From Macrostomum lignano (taxonomy: Eukaryota): 64,000 nt of DNA. The stretch is from NCBI GenBank assembly GCA_002269645.1, contig NIVC01001601.1, positions 62,001-126,000 on the forward strand, given 5' to 3'. Both the position numbers and the translations under genes were made by a program. Positions 1 through 12,572 of this stretch are shown here, piece by piece. The notes under the pieces were generated by a model, which saw only the letters and a program-made list of their open reading frames with translations, had not been told where the DNA came from and searched no databases. The number at the start of each line of letters is the position of its first letter. Positions within the stretch are counted from its first letter, which is position 1.

Positions 1-139
1 AGCCCGAACTCAAATATCTCTGGTCAAGAAGCGTCACCCAGCTGACAGTGACTGAGTGACTGCTAACTGGTATGTGACGGTGTGTAACGCCTCCAGGTGT
101 TGTAAGCTGGGGCTGAGAGAGAGAGACGTCCAAACACGC

Positions 140-235
140 GACATCGGGGGGCTCCAACTCCCCCAGGACAACGCCCCGGCCCACACAGCTAAAAAAACTA
201 TCGAGTTCATGAAGCAGAACCGCGTCCATCTTTAC
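140..235 (+). pseudogene. Short Tc1/mariner-like transposase remnant
   Basis: Translates as QDNAPAHTAKKTIEFMKQNRV, resembling the Tc1-family QQDNAPxH motif around the second catalytic Asp. No other transposase motifs or TIRs are recognisable. Confidence 0.4.
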
Positions 236-614
236 TTCTTCGACTTCTTTACGGGCCAAGCGTCTGCTCAGGGGAGTTAGAGTTGAGACGCTGTTGAGAC
301 ATCCTCCAACATCCTGTTTGACACTACTCAGTTGGAGTGGGGGTAGCTGCTGTTTTACGTGGCTTGAGAAGATGAGAGGAAGCGCATCAATGCAGCTGGA
401 GGTTACTTCGAAAAGTGCTACGAGTAACATATGTTTTTATTCAACATTGTGGTTCTGTGTGAGTTTTTTAACTACTATTAATAACTATTACTAATTCCTA
501 CAAAAATAGCCGCATCAAAAACGCACCGAAAAAATGACACCAAATAATCGCAACTTTTTTTATTCACAAGTGCATCGAAATGTTTCTTATAAAATACCCG
601 AACAAGCTGCCCAC

Positions 615-3600
615 CTGGACACAAACTCGGACACCTTGGCCTGCAGACTGGACAGCAGCCGTTGATCGCCTTTAGACACGAGCTGCGGCTCGCAGGGCGC
701 GGGCAACGCCAGCAGGTGGACCCCGGTGCCGGTGGCCGTCACCAGAATGCCGCAGCTGGCCACCGACATGCGGGTTCGAAGCCCGAACAGGCCGTTCATG
801 CCGCGCAGGCGCAGCTTCTGCACCAGCTGGCTGTGCAGCTCGTACTCGATGAAGGGCAGCCGGTCGCTCACCTCGCGAGCGTTCGCCTCGCCTTTGGCGT
901 CTCGCTTGGGCCGCCAGACTCTGTTTGTGGGGAGATTAGGGATAAAAATCCCATTTATAATAGCTCAGTCACTGCAGATTAAATCCCATTTAGCTCAGTC
1001 ACCTGGCCTGAATGAGCGCCGGTTGTCCGCAGGTGGCCAGTTCGGCCGGAGTGTCCGAAGTGGCCAGCAGGATGTCCGGGACGCTGCCGCGGCCGCAGAC
1101 GGCGCAACGGCTGAAGGACACGGGGAAGGGCGGGCTGGACTGGCTGTACAGCACGTGCAGAGCGCGACAGCTCGATGGCGGCTGCTGGGAATCTGGAAGA
1201 AAAAGTGGTGAGCAATCAAGATAGCAGCTCCTACCAGCTCTCATTCTGATTGGCTGGCTAACCACCTCACTCCTACCAGCTCTCCTACTGATTGGCTGGC
1301 TACCCACCTCACTCCTACCAGCTCTAATCCTGATTGGCTGGCTACCCACCTCACTCCTACCAGCTTTAATACTGATTGGCTGGCTACCCACCTCACTCCT
1401 ACCAGCTCTCATTCTGATTGGCTGGCTAACCCCCTTACTCCTTACCAGCTCTAATCCTGATTGGCTGGCTACTCACCTCACTCCTACCAGCTCTCATTCT
1501 GATTGGCTGGCTAATCACCTTACTCCTACCAGCTCTCATTCTGATTGGCTGGCTAACCCCCTTACTCCTTACCAGCTCTAATCCTGATTGGCTGGCTACC
1601 CACCTCACTCCTAACAGCTCTCATTCTGATTGGCTGGCTAATCACCTTACTCCTATCAGCTCTCATTCTGATTGGCTGGGTACCCACCTCACTCCTAATA
1701 ACCGCTCTCATTCCGATTGGCCGGCTACCCACCTCACTTCCACCAGATTGGCTGGCTAAGTTTCTCCAGCTGCTATCTTGCCATCCAAAAAAGCTTTGCA
1801 ACTCACTCTGAACATCTTCTAGAGAGTTCAGCTTAGCAGCCGTGCCGTATGCGCTCAACACAATAAGATCATCGGCGATGCACGTCTCCTCGTTATAGCC
1901 TATCACGGTCGAGCAGCCAAAAGCGCGCGCGTGGGCGCGAACCTCGGAGCGTATCTCAGACCACCAGGCGTCGCGCGCGTCTGGTGCATCCGGGCTGTGA
2001 ACCAGGAGTTTCACGGATTTGGCGGCCACTGTGCCACCAAGGCTGGCGACTAGACCCGTTGGCAGACAGGACATAGTCACAAATGGTGTGTCCTAAATTG
2101 TGGAGTATAGTTATGGTGCGAATTTTGATTGATATCAAACCTAGCCAATCAGAGATCGCAGAACTGCAGTGAGGTGGGTGACTAACCAAACAGCCAATCA
2201 GAGATCGCAGAACTGCAGTGAGGTGGGTGACTAACCAAACAGCCAATCAGAGATCACAGAACCGGAGTGAGGTGGGTGACTATCCAAACAGCCAATCAGA
2301 GATCGCAGAACCGGAGTGAGGCGGGTGACTATCCAAACAGCCAATCAGAGATCACAGAACCGGAGTGAGGTGGGTGACTATCCAAACAGCCAATCAGAGA
2401 TCGCAGAACCGTAGTGAGGTGGGTGACTATCCAAACAAGTAATCAGAGATCGCAGAATCGGAGTGAGGTGGGTGACTATCCAAACAAGTAATCAGAGATC
2501 GCAAAATCGGAGTGAGGTGGGTGACTAACCAAACAGACAATCAGAGATCGCAGAACCGGAGTGAGTTGGGTGACTATCCAAACAAGTAATCAGAGATCGC
2601 ATAATCGGAGTGAGGTAGGTGACTAACCAAACAGACAATCAGAGATCGCAGAATCGGAGTGAGGTGGGTGACTATCCAAACAGCCAATCAGAGATCGCAG
2701 GACTGTCCTGGGGTACCAAACAGCCAATCACAGATAGCAAAAATCAAACTGATTTCAGCATGGCTATGAAAGTCATTCTCACACATTCAGCGGCAGCGCT
2801 GGGGGCCCCGGCAGTCATCAGAGACGCCAGTGGCCGCAGATTGGCGGATTCCGAGGCAGAAGTGGCGACAACCAGCAATTTGTTAAATCCGGGGCCAGCG
2901 TCGGCCACATCAGCGGACTGTTGCTGCTGAACTGCGGACTGCTGTTCCAAGGTGCCGTTAGTCGCTGCAGAGTCACCGGCAGGCTCTGCAGCCGGAGCGG
3001 CAGCAACAGACAGCGAAGACTGCACAGTAAGCGAAGTCTCCGTAGCCAGGTGAGCAGCAGATTTCGATGCTGTCAGGCTGACGGCCGTGCCAATGCCGCG
3101 GACAACAATACCGGACTCGCCTTCCAAATCGAAGTGCAGCCGGTAGCCAATCACGGCGTTGCCGCCCATGCCGAGGACTCGAAGGCCGAGCTTGCGTTGC
3201 AATTGGCCGTTTAAACGGCTGAATAAGCGCTGCCTGCACGGATAGAGCGAAATTGTGACTGACTGCCGATATGTAGAGTAGAAAACTATTTTAAGCCAAG
3301 TTTCTAAGAAATCTTAGAGTGGGGTTGTGTCCTAGTGGGGGGTTTTAGCCTAGTGGGGCGTTGTAGCCTAGTGGGGGCGTTGTAGCCTAGTGAGGGGTTG
3401 TAGCCTACTGGGGAGTTATAGTCTAGTGGGGGTTGTAGCCTAGTGGGGGTGTAGCCTAGTGGGGCTTGTAGCTTAGTGGGGCTTGTAGCTTAGTGGGAGT
3501 TGTAGCTTAGTGGGGGTTGTGGCCTAGTGGGGGTTGTAGCCTAGTGGAGCTTGTAGCTTAGTGGGCGTTGTGGCCTAGTGGGCGTTGTGGCCTAGTGGGG

Positions 3601-6600
3601 GTTGTGGCCTAGTGGGGGTTGTAGCCTAGTGGGGGTTGTAGCCTAGTGGGGGTTGTAGCCTAGTGAGAGTTGTAGCTTAGTGGGAGTTGTAGCTTAGTGG
3701 GAGTTGTAGCTTAGTGGGAGTTGTAGCTTAGTGGGAGCTGTTGCCTAGTGGGGTTGTAGCCTAGTGGGGGTTGTAGCCTAGTGAGAGTTGTAGCTTAGTG
3801 GGAGTTGTAGCTTAGTGAGAGTTGTAGCTTAGTGGGAGTTGTAGCTTAGTGGGAGCTGTTGCCTAGTGGGGGTTGTAGCCTAGTGGGGGTTGTAGCCTAG
3901 TGAGAGTTGTAGCTTAGTGGGAGTTGTAGCTTAGTGGGGGTTGTGGCCTAGTGGGGGTTGTAGCCTAGTGGAGCTTGTAGCTTAGTGGGGTTTGTGGCCT
4001 AGTGGGGCTTGTAGCTTAGTGGGGGTTGTGGCCTAGTGGGGGTTGTAGCTTAGTGGGGGTTGTAGCCTAGTGGGGGTTGTAGCCTAGTGAGAGTTGTAGG
4101 TTGTAGCTTAGTGGGAGTTGTAGCTTAGTGGGGGTTGTGGCCTAGTGGGGGTTGTGGCCTAGTGGGGGTTGTGGCCTAGTGGGGGTTGTGGCCTAGTGGG
4201 GGTTGTAGCCTAGTGAGAGTTGTAGCTTAGTGGGAGTTGTAGCTTAGTGAGAGTTGTAGCTTAGTGGGAGTTGTAGCTTAGTGGGAGCTGTTGCCTAGTG
4301 GGGGTTGTAGCCTAGTGGGGGTTGTAGCCTAGTGAGAGTTGTAGCCTAGTGAGAGTTGTAGCTTAGTGGGAGTTGTAGCTTAGTGGGAGTTGTAGCTTAG
4401 TGGGAGTTGTAGCCTAGTGGGGGTTGTAGCCTAGTGGGGGTTGTAGCCTAGTGAGAGTTGTAGCTTAGTGGGAGTTGTAGCTTAGTGGGGGTTGTGGCCT
4501 AGTGGAGCTTGTAGCTTAGTGGGGTTTGTGGCCTAGTGGGGCTTGTAGCTTAGTGGGGGTTGTGGCCTAGTGGGGGTTGTAGCTTAGTGGGGGTTGTAGC
4601 CTAGTGGGGGTTGTAGCCTAGTGAGAGTTGTAGCTTAGTGGGAGTTGTAGCTTAGTGGGGGTTGTGGCCTAGTGGGGGTTGTAGCCTAGTGGAGCTTGTA
4701 GCTTAGTGGGGTTTGTGGCCTAGTGGGGCTTGTAGCTTAGTGGGGGTTGTGGCCTAGTGGGGGTTGTAGCTTAGTGGGGGTTGTAGCCTAGTGGGGGTTG
4801 TAGGTTGTAGCTTAGTGGGAGTTGTAGCTTAGTGGGGGTTGTGGCCTAGTGGGGGTTGTGGCCTAGTGGGGGTTGTAGCCTAGTGGGGGTTGTAGCCTAG
4901 TGGGGCTTGTAGCTTAGTGGGGGTTGTGGCCTAGTGGGGCTTGTAGCTTAGTGGGGGTTGTGGCCTAGTGGGGGTTGTAGCCTAGTGGGGGTTGTAGCCT
5001 AGTGGGGGTTGTAGCCTAGTGAGAGTTGTAGCTTAGTGGGAGTTGTAGCTTAGTGAGAGTTGTAGCTTAGTGGGAGTTGTAGCTTAGTGGGAGCTGTTGC
5101 CTAGTGGGGGTTGTAGCCTAGTGGGGGTTGTAGCCTAGTGAGAGTTGTAGCTTAGTGGGAGTTGTAGCTTAGTGAGAGTTGTAGCTTAGTGGGAGTTGTA
5201 GCTTAGTGGGAGCTGTTGCCTAGTGGGGGTTGTAGCCTAGTGAGAGTTGTAGCTTAGTGGGAGTTGTAGCTTAGTGGGGGTTGTGGCCTAGTGGGGGTTG
5301 TAGCCTAGTGGAGCTTGTAGCTTAGTGGGGTTTGTGGCCTAGTGGGGGTTGTAGCTTAGTGGGGGTTGTGGCCTAGTGGGGCTTGTAGCTTAGTGGGGGT
5401 TGTGGCCTAGTGGGGGTTGTAGCTTAGTGGGGGTTGTGGCCTAGTGGGGTTGTAGCTTAGTGGGGGTTGTGGCCTAGTGGGGGTTGTAGCTTAGTGGGGG
5501 TTGTGGCCTAGTGGGGCTTGTAGCTTAGTGGGGGTTGTGGCCTAGTGGGGCTTGTAGCTTAGTGGGGGTTGTGGCCTAGTGGGGGTTGTAGCCTAGTGGG
5601 GGTTGTAGCCTAGTGAGAGTTGTAGCTTAGTGGGAGTTGTAGCTTAGTGGGGTTGTGGCCTAGTGGGGGTTGTGGCCTAGTGGGGGTTGTGTGGTTAGAG
5701 CGGCGGACTTACGACTGAAAAGTCGGGGGTTCGATTACCGATCCCACTCGGAACAATTTGTGTCTTTGAGAAAGACACTTAACTCTGCATTGCTTCAGTT
5801 CACCCAGCTGTAAAATGAGTGTCAGCATTAGCTGGGGTAATTAAAGATGTGTGGCGACCCCCCCGTCCTTGGACTGAACAGTCGTATGCAGCCTTTAGAT
5901 GGGACGGGCAGTAGCTGCGGCTGAGCTGTCGGTTGCACATCTGCCCATTGGGGCAGTTGTGATCAATCATCATTATTATTAATTAGATATGAAGGTATGA
6001 ATGAAACAATCAATCGAACCCCAAGAAAGGATTTGATTTCATTTGCCGATATGTAGAGACAATAATTTTAAAGCAGAGAAAATTGAATTCATATGCTTAA
6101 TTCTGAGAGAAGCCTGATTCGAACCTATGTCAGCTCGAGAACAGTTGTGCCTCACTGGCCCTACCTGGCCTCATTAGACGCCCTGGAAGTTCGAAGCTTC
6201 TCTATCCATTGGTATTCGGGATCGTCGTTGACAACCAGCTCTTCAACAAAGCCGAGCAGCTGCAGCAGGGTCTGGCCGACCGGTACGCCCGGGTGATAGA
6301 AGAATTTCACGCCTAGAGACGACTCCCTGTACCTGTTGGTGTCGCTGAACAGGTCCAGGTTCACCGAGATCTGGATGTCACCCCTGATGCCGTGCATCGT
6401 GTCGTATAGGGGGAACCAGCCCGACATGCCCCGGCTGCCGTCTTTGCCCAGCAACGGGTTCAAGTCGATGTACACCTGGGCGGTGAAAGTTCCATTGGAA
6501 TTCTTATAGTCTCTAATCATTGAATCACCTGTATCTAGATCACTAACCATTGAATCACTTATCTCTAGACCTCTAATCATTGAATCACGTGTCTCTAGAT

Positions 6601-7318
6601 CTCTAATTGTTGAATTACGTGTCTCTAGATCTCTAATCATTGAATCACTTGTCTCTAGATCTCTAATCATTGAACCACATGTCTCTAGATCTCTAATCAT
6701 TGAACCACATGTCTCTAGATCTCTAATCATTGAACCACATGTCTCTAGATCTCTAATCATTAAACCATTTGTCTTCAAATCTTTAATCCTTGAATCATTT
6801 GTCTCTAGATTTTAAAAAATTGAACAATTTGTCTTCAAATCTTTACTTATTGAATCACTTGTCTCTAGATATATAACTAGATGTATAATTCTAAGCATTC
6901 AAGTGTCTCTAGATCTCTAATTCTGGATTTGGTTAGTTCGGATAGATCACTATCTAATGATCCCATAACTCTAGATTCCTAATCATAAAATCCTTATTCG
7001 CTAAGACTGCATGCACATTCTTCAGTCTCCCAGGCTCTCACAAGTCTCACTTGCCTTCCCAATAGCATCGTGTGAGCTGTAGGTGTCATAGTCCAGGACC
7101 CGAATCTGCAAGGCCTCATCCTGCAGCTCTTCATCGTCCAGCTCAAACTTAAACCATTCCGTATTCCACTGCGGATTCAAGCTGCGCCTGGCGACTTCTG
7201 TTTTATAAGACGCATTGCCGAGTTTCAGTTCGACAAAAGCGTCAGTGGAATAGCTGGCCCTGTCCATCACAGGCAGGTTGCGAGCTGACAGGATTTTCAC
7301 TCGTACTCTGCCAGGCAT
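615..7318 (-). CDS. C2CD5: C2 domain-containing protein 5 (KIAA0528/CDP138-like), 5' part; gene continues beyond window start
   Basis: Exons with consistent phases: 7318-7055 (MPGRVRVKILSARNLPVMDRAS...HDAIGK), 6475-6165 (VYIDLNPLL...GFVEELVVNDDPEYQWI...SNEAR), 3233-2783 (QRLFSRLNGQLQRKLGLRVL...FDLEGESGIVVRGIGTA), 2092-1807 (DTPFVTM...AAKSVKLL...DAWWSEIR), 1192-1003 (CRALHVLY...VPDILL...LIQAR), 920-~615 (LPFIEYELHSQL...GLFGLR). Colinear with the C2CD5 sequence as I recall it. The exon 6 end is the least certain boundary. Confidence 0.93.
1228..1758. repeat. ~42-bp CCAAT-containing minisatellite filling C2CD5 intron 4
   Basis: Unit ACCAGCTCTCATTCTGATTGGCTGGCTACCCACCTCACTCCT, about 12 copies. 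Confidence 0.95.
2143..2730. repeat. ~49-bp CCAAT-containing minisatellite filling C2CD5 intron 3
   Basis: Unit AGCCAATCAGAGATCGCAGAACCGGAGTGAGGTGGGTGACTATCCAAAC, about 12 copies. Confidence 0.95.
3319..5690 (+). repeat. 17-bp satellite (GGGGGTTGTAGCCTAGT)n, ~2.4 kb, in C2CD5 intron 2
   Basis: Tandem copies seen directly, with variants such as GAGAGTTGTAGCTTAGT. The unit equals the 5' head of the adjoining SINE. Confidence 0.97.
5691..5985 (+). mobile_element. tRNA-derived CORE-like SINE, copy 1
   Basis: GTGGTTAGAGCG...GGGGTTCGATT (A/B boxes), then TGAGAAAGACACTTAACTCTGCATTGCTTCAGTTCACCCAGCTGTAAAATG (CORE-like), a 3' hairpin CTGCCC-ATTG-GGGCAG and an ATC/ATT tail. Homologous to 19877-20148 and 35918-36215. 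Confidence 0.85.
6509..6870. repeat. 30-bp minisatellite in C2CD5 intron 1
   Basis: Unit TCTCTAGATCTCTAATCATTGAACCACATG; explains the RDLETCGSMI repeats in ORF 6161..6778. Confidence 0.92.
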
Positions 7319-9462
7319 GACAGCTGCAGGTGAGACAGGGAGCAACAGGAGTGCCAGCTTAATCAAATAGATTATCCATCTGTTCTGCGGCCATTTGCTA
7401 ATAACTCAGTTCTGTTTTAGAAAACAATGTAGCTGCCTAATTAGAGAGCAGAGGCAACAGTCTACTCAGAGGGCTGCCTAGAGAACAGGGGTAACAGTCC
7501 AGTAACAGAGGGCTCTTCTCAGAAGACAGGGGCAACAGTCTACACAGAGGGCGGGCTACTTAGTAGTGGCAGCAATCTACCATGTGCTATGTGATAGTTA
7601 TAGTACCATGAGATAGTAGCATGTGCATACCTAGATTTGTTTTAAACAATTCTCATTTTTAACAATTTTTTTTATTAATTTTATAGGCTATATATTGTAC
7701 AATGCTAGCTGTTTTAGGCTATAAATTTTAAAGATATAAGTAATATATGACTAATATATTTGCTATTAAATAGTAGACAAACAATTGTTAGCCTAGTAGA
7801 AAAATATTTTTCCATCTGCAAATACAAAATTTTAAGTAATGTTAGCCATTATTAGTTGATAGATTAGTTGATAGATAAATAGAAGTCATTTTTTAAGGTA
7901 TCTAGATCTTGTCTTGATTTATTGTTTTGATTAAATAAAAAATCAGTAGCATACCCAGGATTTTCTATTGAGGGCATATGATAGATAGTGCAGAACCAGA
8001 ATATCCTAAACATTTTAGGAAAGAAGCAATTAAATACCTTTTTATAATTATGGCAATGAAAGACCTTTTTGGAAGCCAGTGCAATGAACAATAATATCTA
8101 TCCTTTCTTAGGCAATTGGGGAGGGGGCATAGCCCCCTACTTTATATATTACTAATTTATTTTTTTCTAATATTTGTAAAGCCAGTTCTTTAAGCCTTTT
8201 TCCTATCCTAGTTTAAATTAACAAATCTAAATCAAAAGATTTATATAACATTTTATATTGTAATATTTTGTTTAGCTTTGCCTTTAGTTAGTAAATTCAA
8301 GTAGGCCCTAGGCTTTATCTATGAGCTAAGAAACTTGAACTTGATTTAAAAGCTTAAAGATAACTAACAAAGCAAGTAACAAATAGGCCTATTATAATAT
8401 TAGGCCTAACTAATTTTAATAAATATTTTAGTTAACTAAAATATGTAAAATAATTATTAATATTATATAGACATGGCCTAGACCTAGTTGCATGATTAAA
8501 TTCCTCTTTTATAAAGTGTTATAAATTTATAAACCTACTTACCTACATTAAATATGACAACCTTTGGCTTTAATCAAAATTTATTATGCAAAAATCCAAA
8601 ATAGAGAACAACAAACAACAACAGATAAGCCTTAATTCTACATGTACCTTGGTCCTCCAGTCCAGCCTAAATCCAAACCTCTAAAGCAAACACCAATTTC
8701 AGCTATGTTTAGGAATGATGGAATGATGGTGATGGATAGGTTAAACAGTTGGAAAACAAGTGAATGATAAGGGCTAATGAATTAGCAGCAGACCAGCAGC
8801 CTATAAAAAATAGTAATTTTCGAATAATTTACTGATATACCTAGAACCAAGTGGCCCTGTCCCCCAGGCTGCCAAGGGCAAGGGGTCTGGTGCCGACCCC
8901 CCCCTTTCTCTTAGTTAGTTATCTTCAAACATTGTTTCAACTGTTTGGTCTTCTATGATTCATATGGCCGTATTTTCATGCATCACAACTACGGCCCACG
9001 CTACAAGAAGCTGCATAGAAAGCCTGGGCTGTGAGTCTGGCAGTCAGGAACACGCACATTTCAGAGCACTTTCTAAGAACAACGGGTAATAATTCTTACA
9101 AAGTTTAATTTCGAACTTACTGCATAAACAGTCAAACAAAACATTAAACTTATTTTTAAAAGATATGGCACTATACATAGCTTTCTGCAAGATACTTAAT
9201 TTTTATTTTTTAAGATAGATATATATAATAATGTTTAATTCCAATTGGGGCCTGCGCATATTCGCCTGTAAACCCGATATAGTTGAGTACAATATTACGC
9301 TATTTCTTGTAGTTTGACTTAAACTTAAAATTCCGCAGCTATTTAGGACAATCGAACGTTTAATACTTAACTGCTACTTTCAGAAGCAATTGGCCATACG
9401 TGCCATCATCGATAACTGCAGATATGTCGTCGTCCATATGCCGAATTCTGCATATGAAGATC

Positions 9463-9736
9463 CAGTGGCGTCGCCTCCGGGGAGGGACAGGGGGGACATC
9501 TCCCCCTAGTAAAAGCTATATAGGGGGAGATACCATTAATTAATGCTTTGTCCCCCCAACCCCACCTTGTCAACCGTGAAATCAATTGCTTCAGGTCGCG
9601 CCAAAAATATAGCGCCTGCGGCGCCTATAATGAGTGCGGACAATGCACCCATTCACAAAATAATGTACTTAGTTGTGTACATTTAGCTGAATTTTTACTT
9701 TGACCCCCCATCATGAAATCCATGGCGACGCCCCTG
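9463..9736 (+). mobile_element. MITE (non-autonomous DNA transposon, possibly hAT-type)
   Basis: Terminal inverted repeats CAGTGGCGTCGCC (9463-9475) and GGCGACGCCCCTG (9724-9736) match at 12/13. Internal homology to 18871-19060 and 43690-43851. No TSD found. Confidence 0.75.
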
Positions 9737-12572
9737 GCTGATTCTGTAGAAGTACAGGTAATTCGAAATCCATCGCCGACACCTATTATAAGGTAGGATT
9801 CTTAGATTCTATTTAATATTCGCGAGTCTTACACGTACATGCGGACATGCATGTAGTGTTACGACTGCAGTTTGTGTACATGCATGTACACAGTACTTGT
9901 AACTACGAAAATACGTTTTATATTTACATTAACAGTATTGTGAAACTACGAGCGTAACAATCAGCGCCCCCGTTGGTAAGGCAAAAGAATAAAATAAACA
10001 TTTTTGAAAAAAAAAACTACATGCAGCTTCTGACCTACAATTCAAGTCACTATATAGCAAAACCTCTGACGACTTAAAAGCTGCATGGCACTAAAAAATA
10101 ACATGCATACACATGGTCGCAGGCCACTCTGCGGATTTACAGGTAGAGCGGGACAGGCTGCTATATACACGTATGTATTTGGACATGTACGCGATTCATG
10201 TGCACACGCTCACATAGGATGTACAGCGGCCCTGACTTTCTTGAGTGACATGTACACTCTCTGTGCCTAGGGGGGTTGGCCCTCTTGGCTGTGAATCGCA
10301 CGACTTTAATCGAACCAGGTGTCGCGGCCCTTCTACCGTAGAGCTGCCTTTGCCCCCTGCCCCTTATTTTCACAACAGAACAGTTGAAAATAATCAGAGT
10401 CCATCAGTCTTTAACGTCAGCAACGTGGTTAAATTATTTTTTACAGAAATTAAAAGCGCTGGGCGTATAACAGGGGAACGGGACAGTAAAAAAGGAGTAT
10501 TAATTTTTGTATTTTAAAATAATTTCTATAGATATTCAGCCCATGTCTGTGTAATCTCTTCCAGCTACATTTAATATCTTTTGTAATTGTTTCAGCAGCG
10601 TTCACCAAGGCAAAGATCAGCAGTTTGTCAGAGCGAGAAGCGGTGTGGGAGCAGGAAATTGTTCAGCAGCAAAAGAGAAGTTTAGGCAACAAAAATACGG
10701 ATGAAAGAGAAACAAAAAACACAGGAGCACAAAAAAACTGTTGTTGAGTGACAGCAATTAACGCGCTTGTGTACAGAATAGTACTTTAAGTAGTCAATAC
10801 CAGGTTTTCTTTGTAAAAAAACTCCAACTTCCGTTCGCGACCGTGCAAAGGCAACCGGTACTGCCGACACTGGATTTTAACTCTTTGCAGCTTTAAAAGA
10901 GATTCGGTTTGTGCGAGAGTCTGGGAGCGCAATAAAGATAGAGGAGGAGAGAAAAAACACAACTTTTAAATTCCATTGCTGTTTTGAATTGGTCTTGTCT
11001 TATAACTCGTAAATTAATCAGCAGTTTGTGTGTTGTTGGCCAAGCAAAGAAAAAAGGCAATGGCTTGAGCAAATGAGCGAAACACAGAAATACATGACAG
11101 AGTTGGCAGGGGGGCAGTGGCTAGTCTACGCATACTAATTAATCTAAGCTGCTGAATGCATTCATTCATGCACAGCAGCTGGGTTATTGTAAACTTTCAG
11201 GCAGCCAAAAGTGTTATGCAACTAATCTACTGCAATCCGAGTGTTATAACATTCGGTGTTGTAGAGCAACCAGAAAATTTTAGTGGAATAGCAAAACCAA
11301 CAGCTTCGCTGGCAACAAATCCACGGAGCAGTTCCAGAGGTGCAAGTTGATGACCAATGACGCAAACAGAAAAAATACCGAAAGAGTGATCGAAAAAAAA
11401 AACTTGGTAAACAGAAAAATTGAATGATGATGTAGGGATGTCTTGTATTGTCCCAAACTTGAAGGTTTCATTTCTAGGAGTTTCACTGTCAGTCCAAGAG
11501 AGCAGAGCACAGATACTAAAATAACTAGATGAGCCACTCAGCACATTTGCGTGTAAACTACTTTCAGTTCAGCAGTAAGTTAAACTGAAGAATTTTAATG
11601 TATTTTTAAAGCCAAGGCTTATTCATTGGCTCTCACCCCCAGCCTAAACCCTCCAACCGTGTCTTTCCACTCTACCCTCGCCCACCCCCAATTTTTATTG
11701 CCTTTCCCGGAATTCCAAGACTAAAGCTGCCATGTACATTTCAGTGGACTGACTAATGTACATTATTGCTGAACCAATTAGCAAGTTGTTTACATCTGCA
11801 AGCTTTGGGCTTCTAAACTTACATTTATCCAAGTCATGTCAGCTGCCTTTATTTTTATAAAATGGCTTGTGTATTCTTCATTGCTACTGAACTGAAAGTA
11901 GAAAGCTGTTTTACTAAGTATATGTGGCTGAGTGGCCCATCTACTTATTTTAGAATCTGTGGAGCAGACTGGAACAACGAGGACTTCAGATCGGCGAAGG
12001 GAACAAAACAAAACTTTTAGCTACAGTAAAACAAAAGAGTCAAAAAAATAAAAAAGCGCTTGAAAGAAAGATTCAAATCTGCGTATTATACGACCTAATA
12101 TCTATAGATAGTACTTGTATCAGCAGTGTAAAGAGTAGACAGAATGAAAAATAGCGAAAAAAACTCCGGAAAAAAGAATAACGTAGAAAAAAACTATTCG
12201 TTGATTGAACAGCCCGGATAAGCGGCAGTCATCACAGTTTGAACAAAATATTTCTAGATCTAAAGTAAAATCTGAAGCGACAAAGGAAAATCGGGGGCGG
12301 GCAGGTTTGATTTGCTTCAATAGAATTGAAGTTCCTTTGGACACAGCGAAGTTCAGTGGAGGGGACACAAAGTGTCAAGCAGACAACTGTGGGACGAGAG
12401 CTGTTTCCATTAGTGGCAAAGCAAGCAACAAGGAAAGTAACAAAATTTCTGGCTTATTCCAGGGCAGGCCAGGGCAGGGAGAGAGAGCGAAAGCTATTTC
12501 AGAAACTCGACAGTTTAACTAACTATTCGTGAAGTCACCTTCGTTCCCCAGATCGGCTCACAGTCGACAGCT

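Noticed and set aside
8640-12530. Possible plus-strand gene between C2CD5 and tektin (short coding-like pieces at ~8640-8770, ~8930-9075, ~10600-10745, ~11200-11350)
   Set aside because: I could not join them in consistent phases or recognise any domain; transcript data would be needed.
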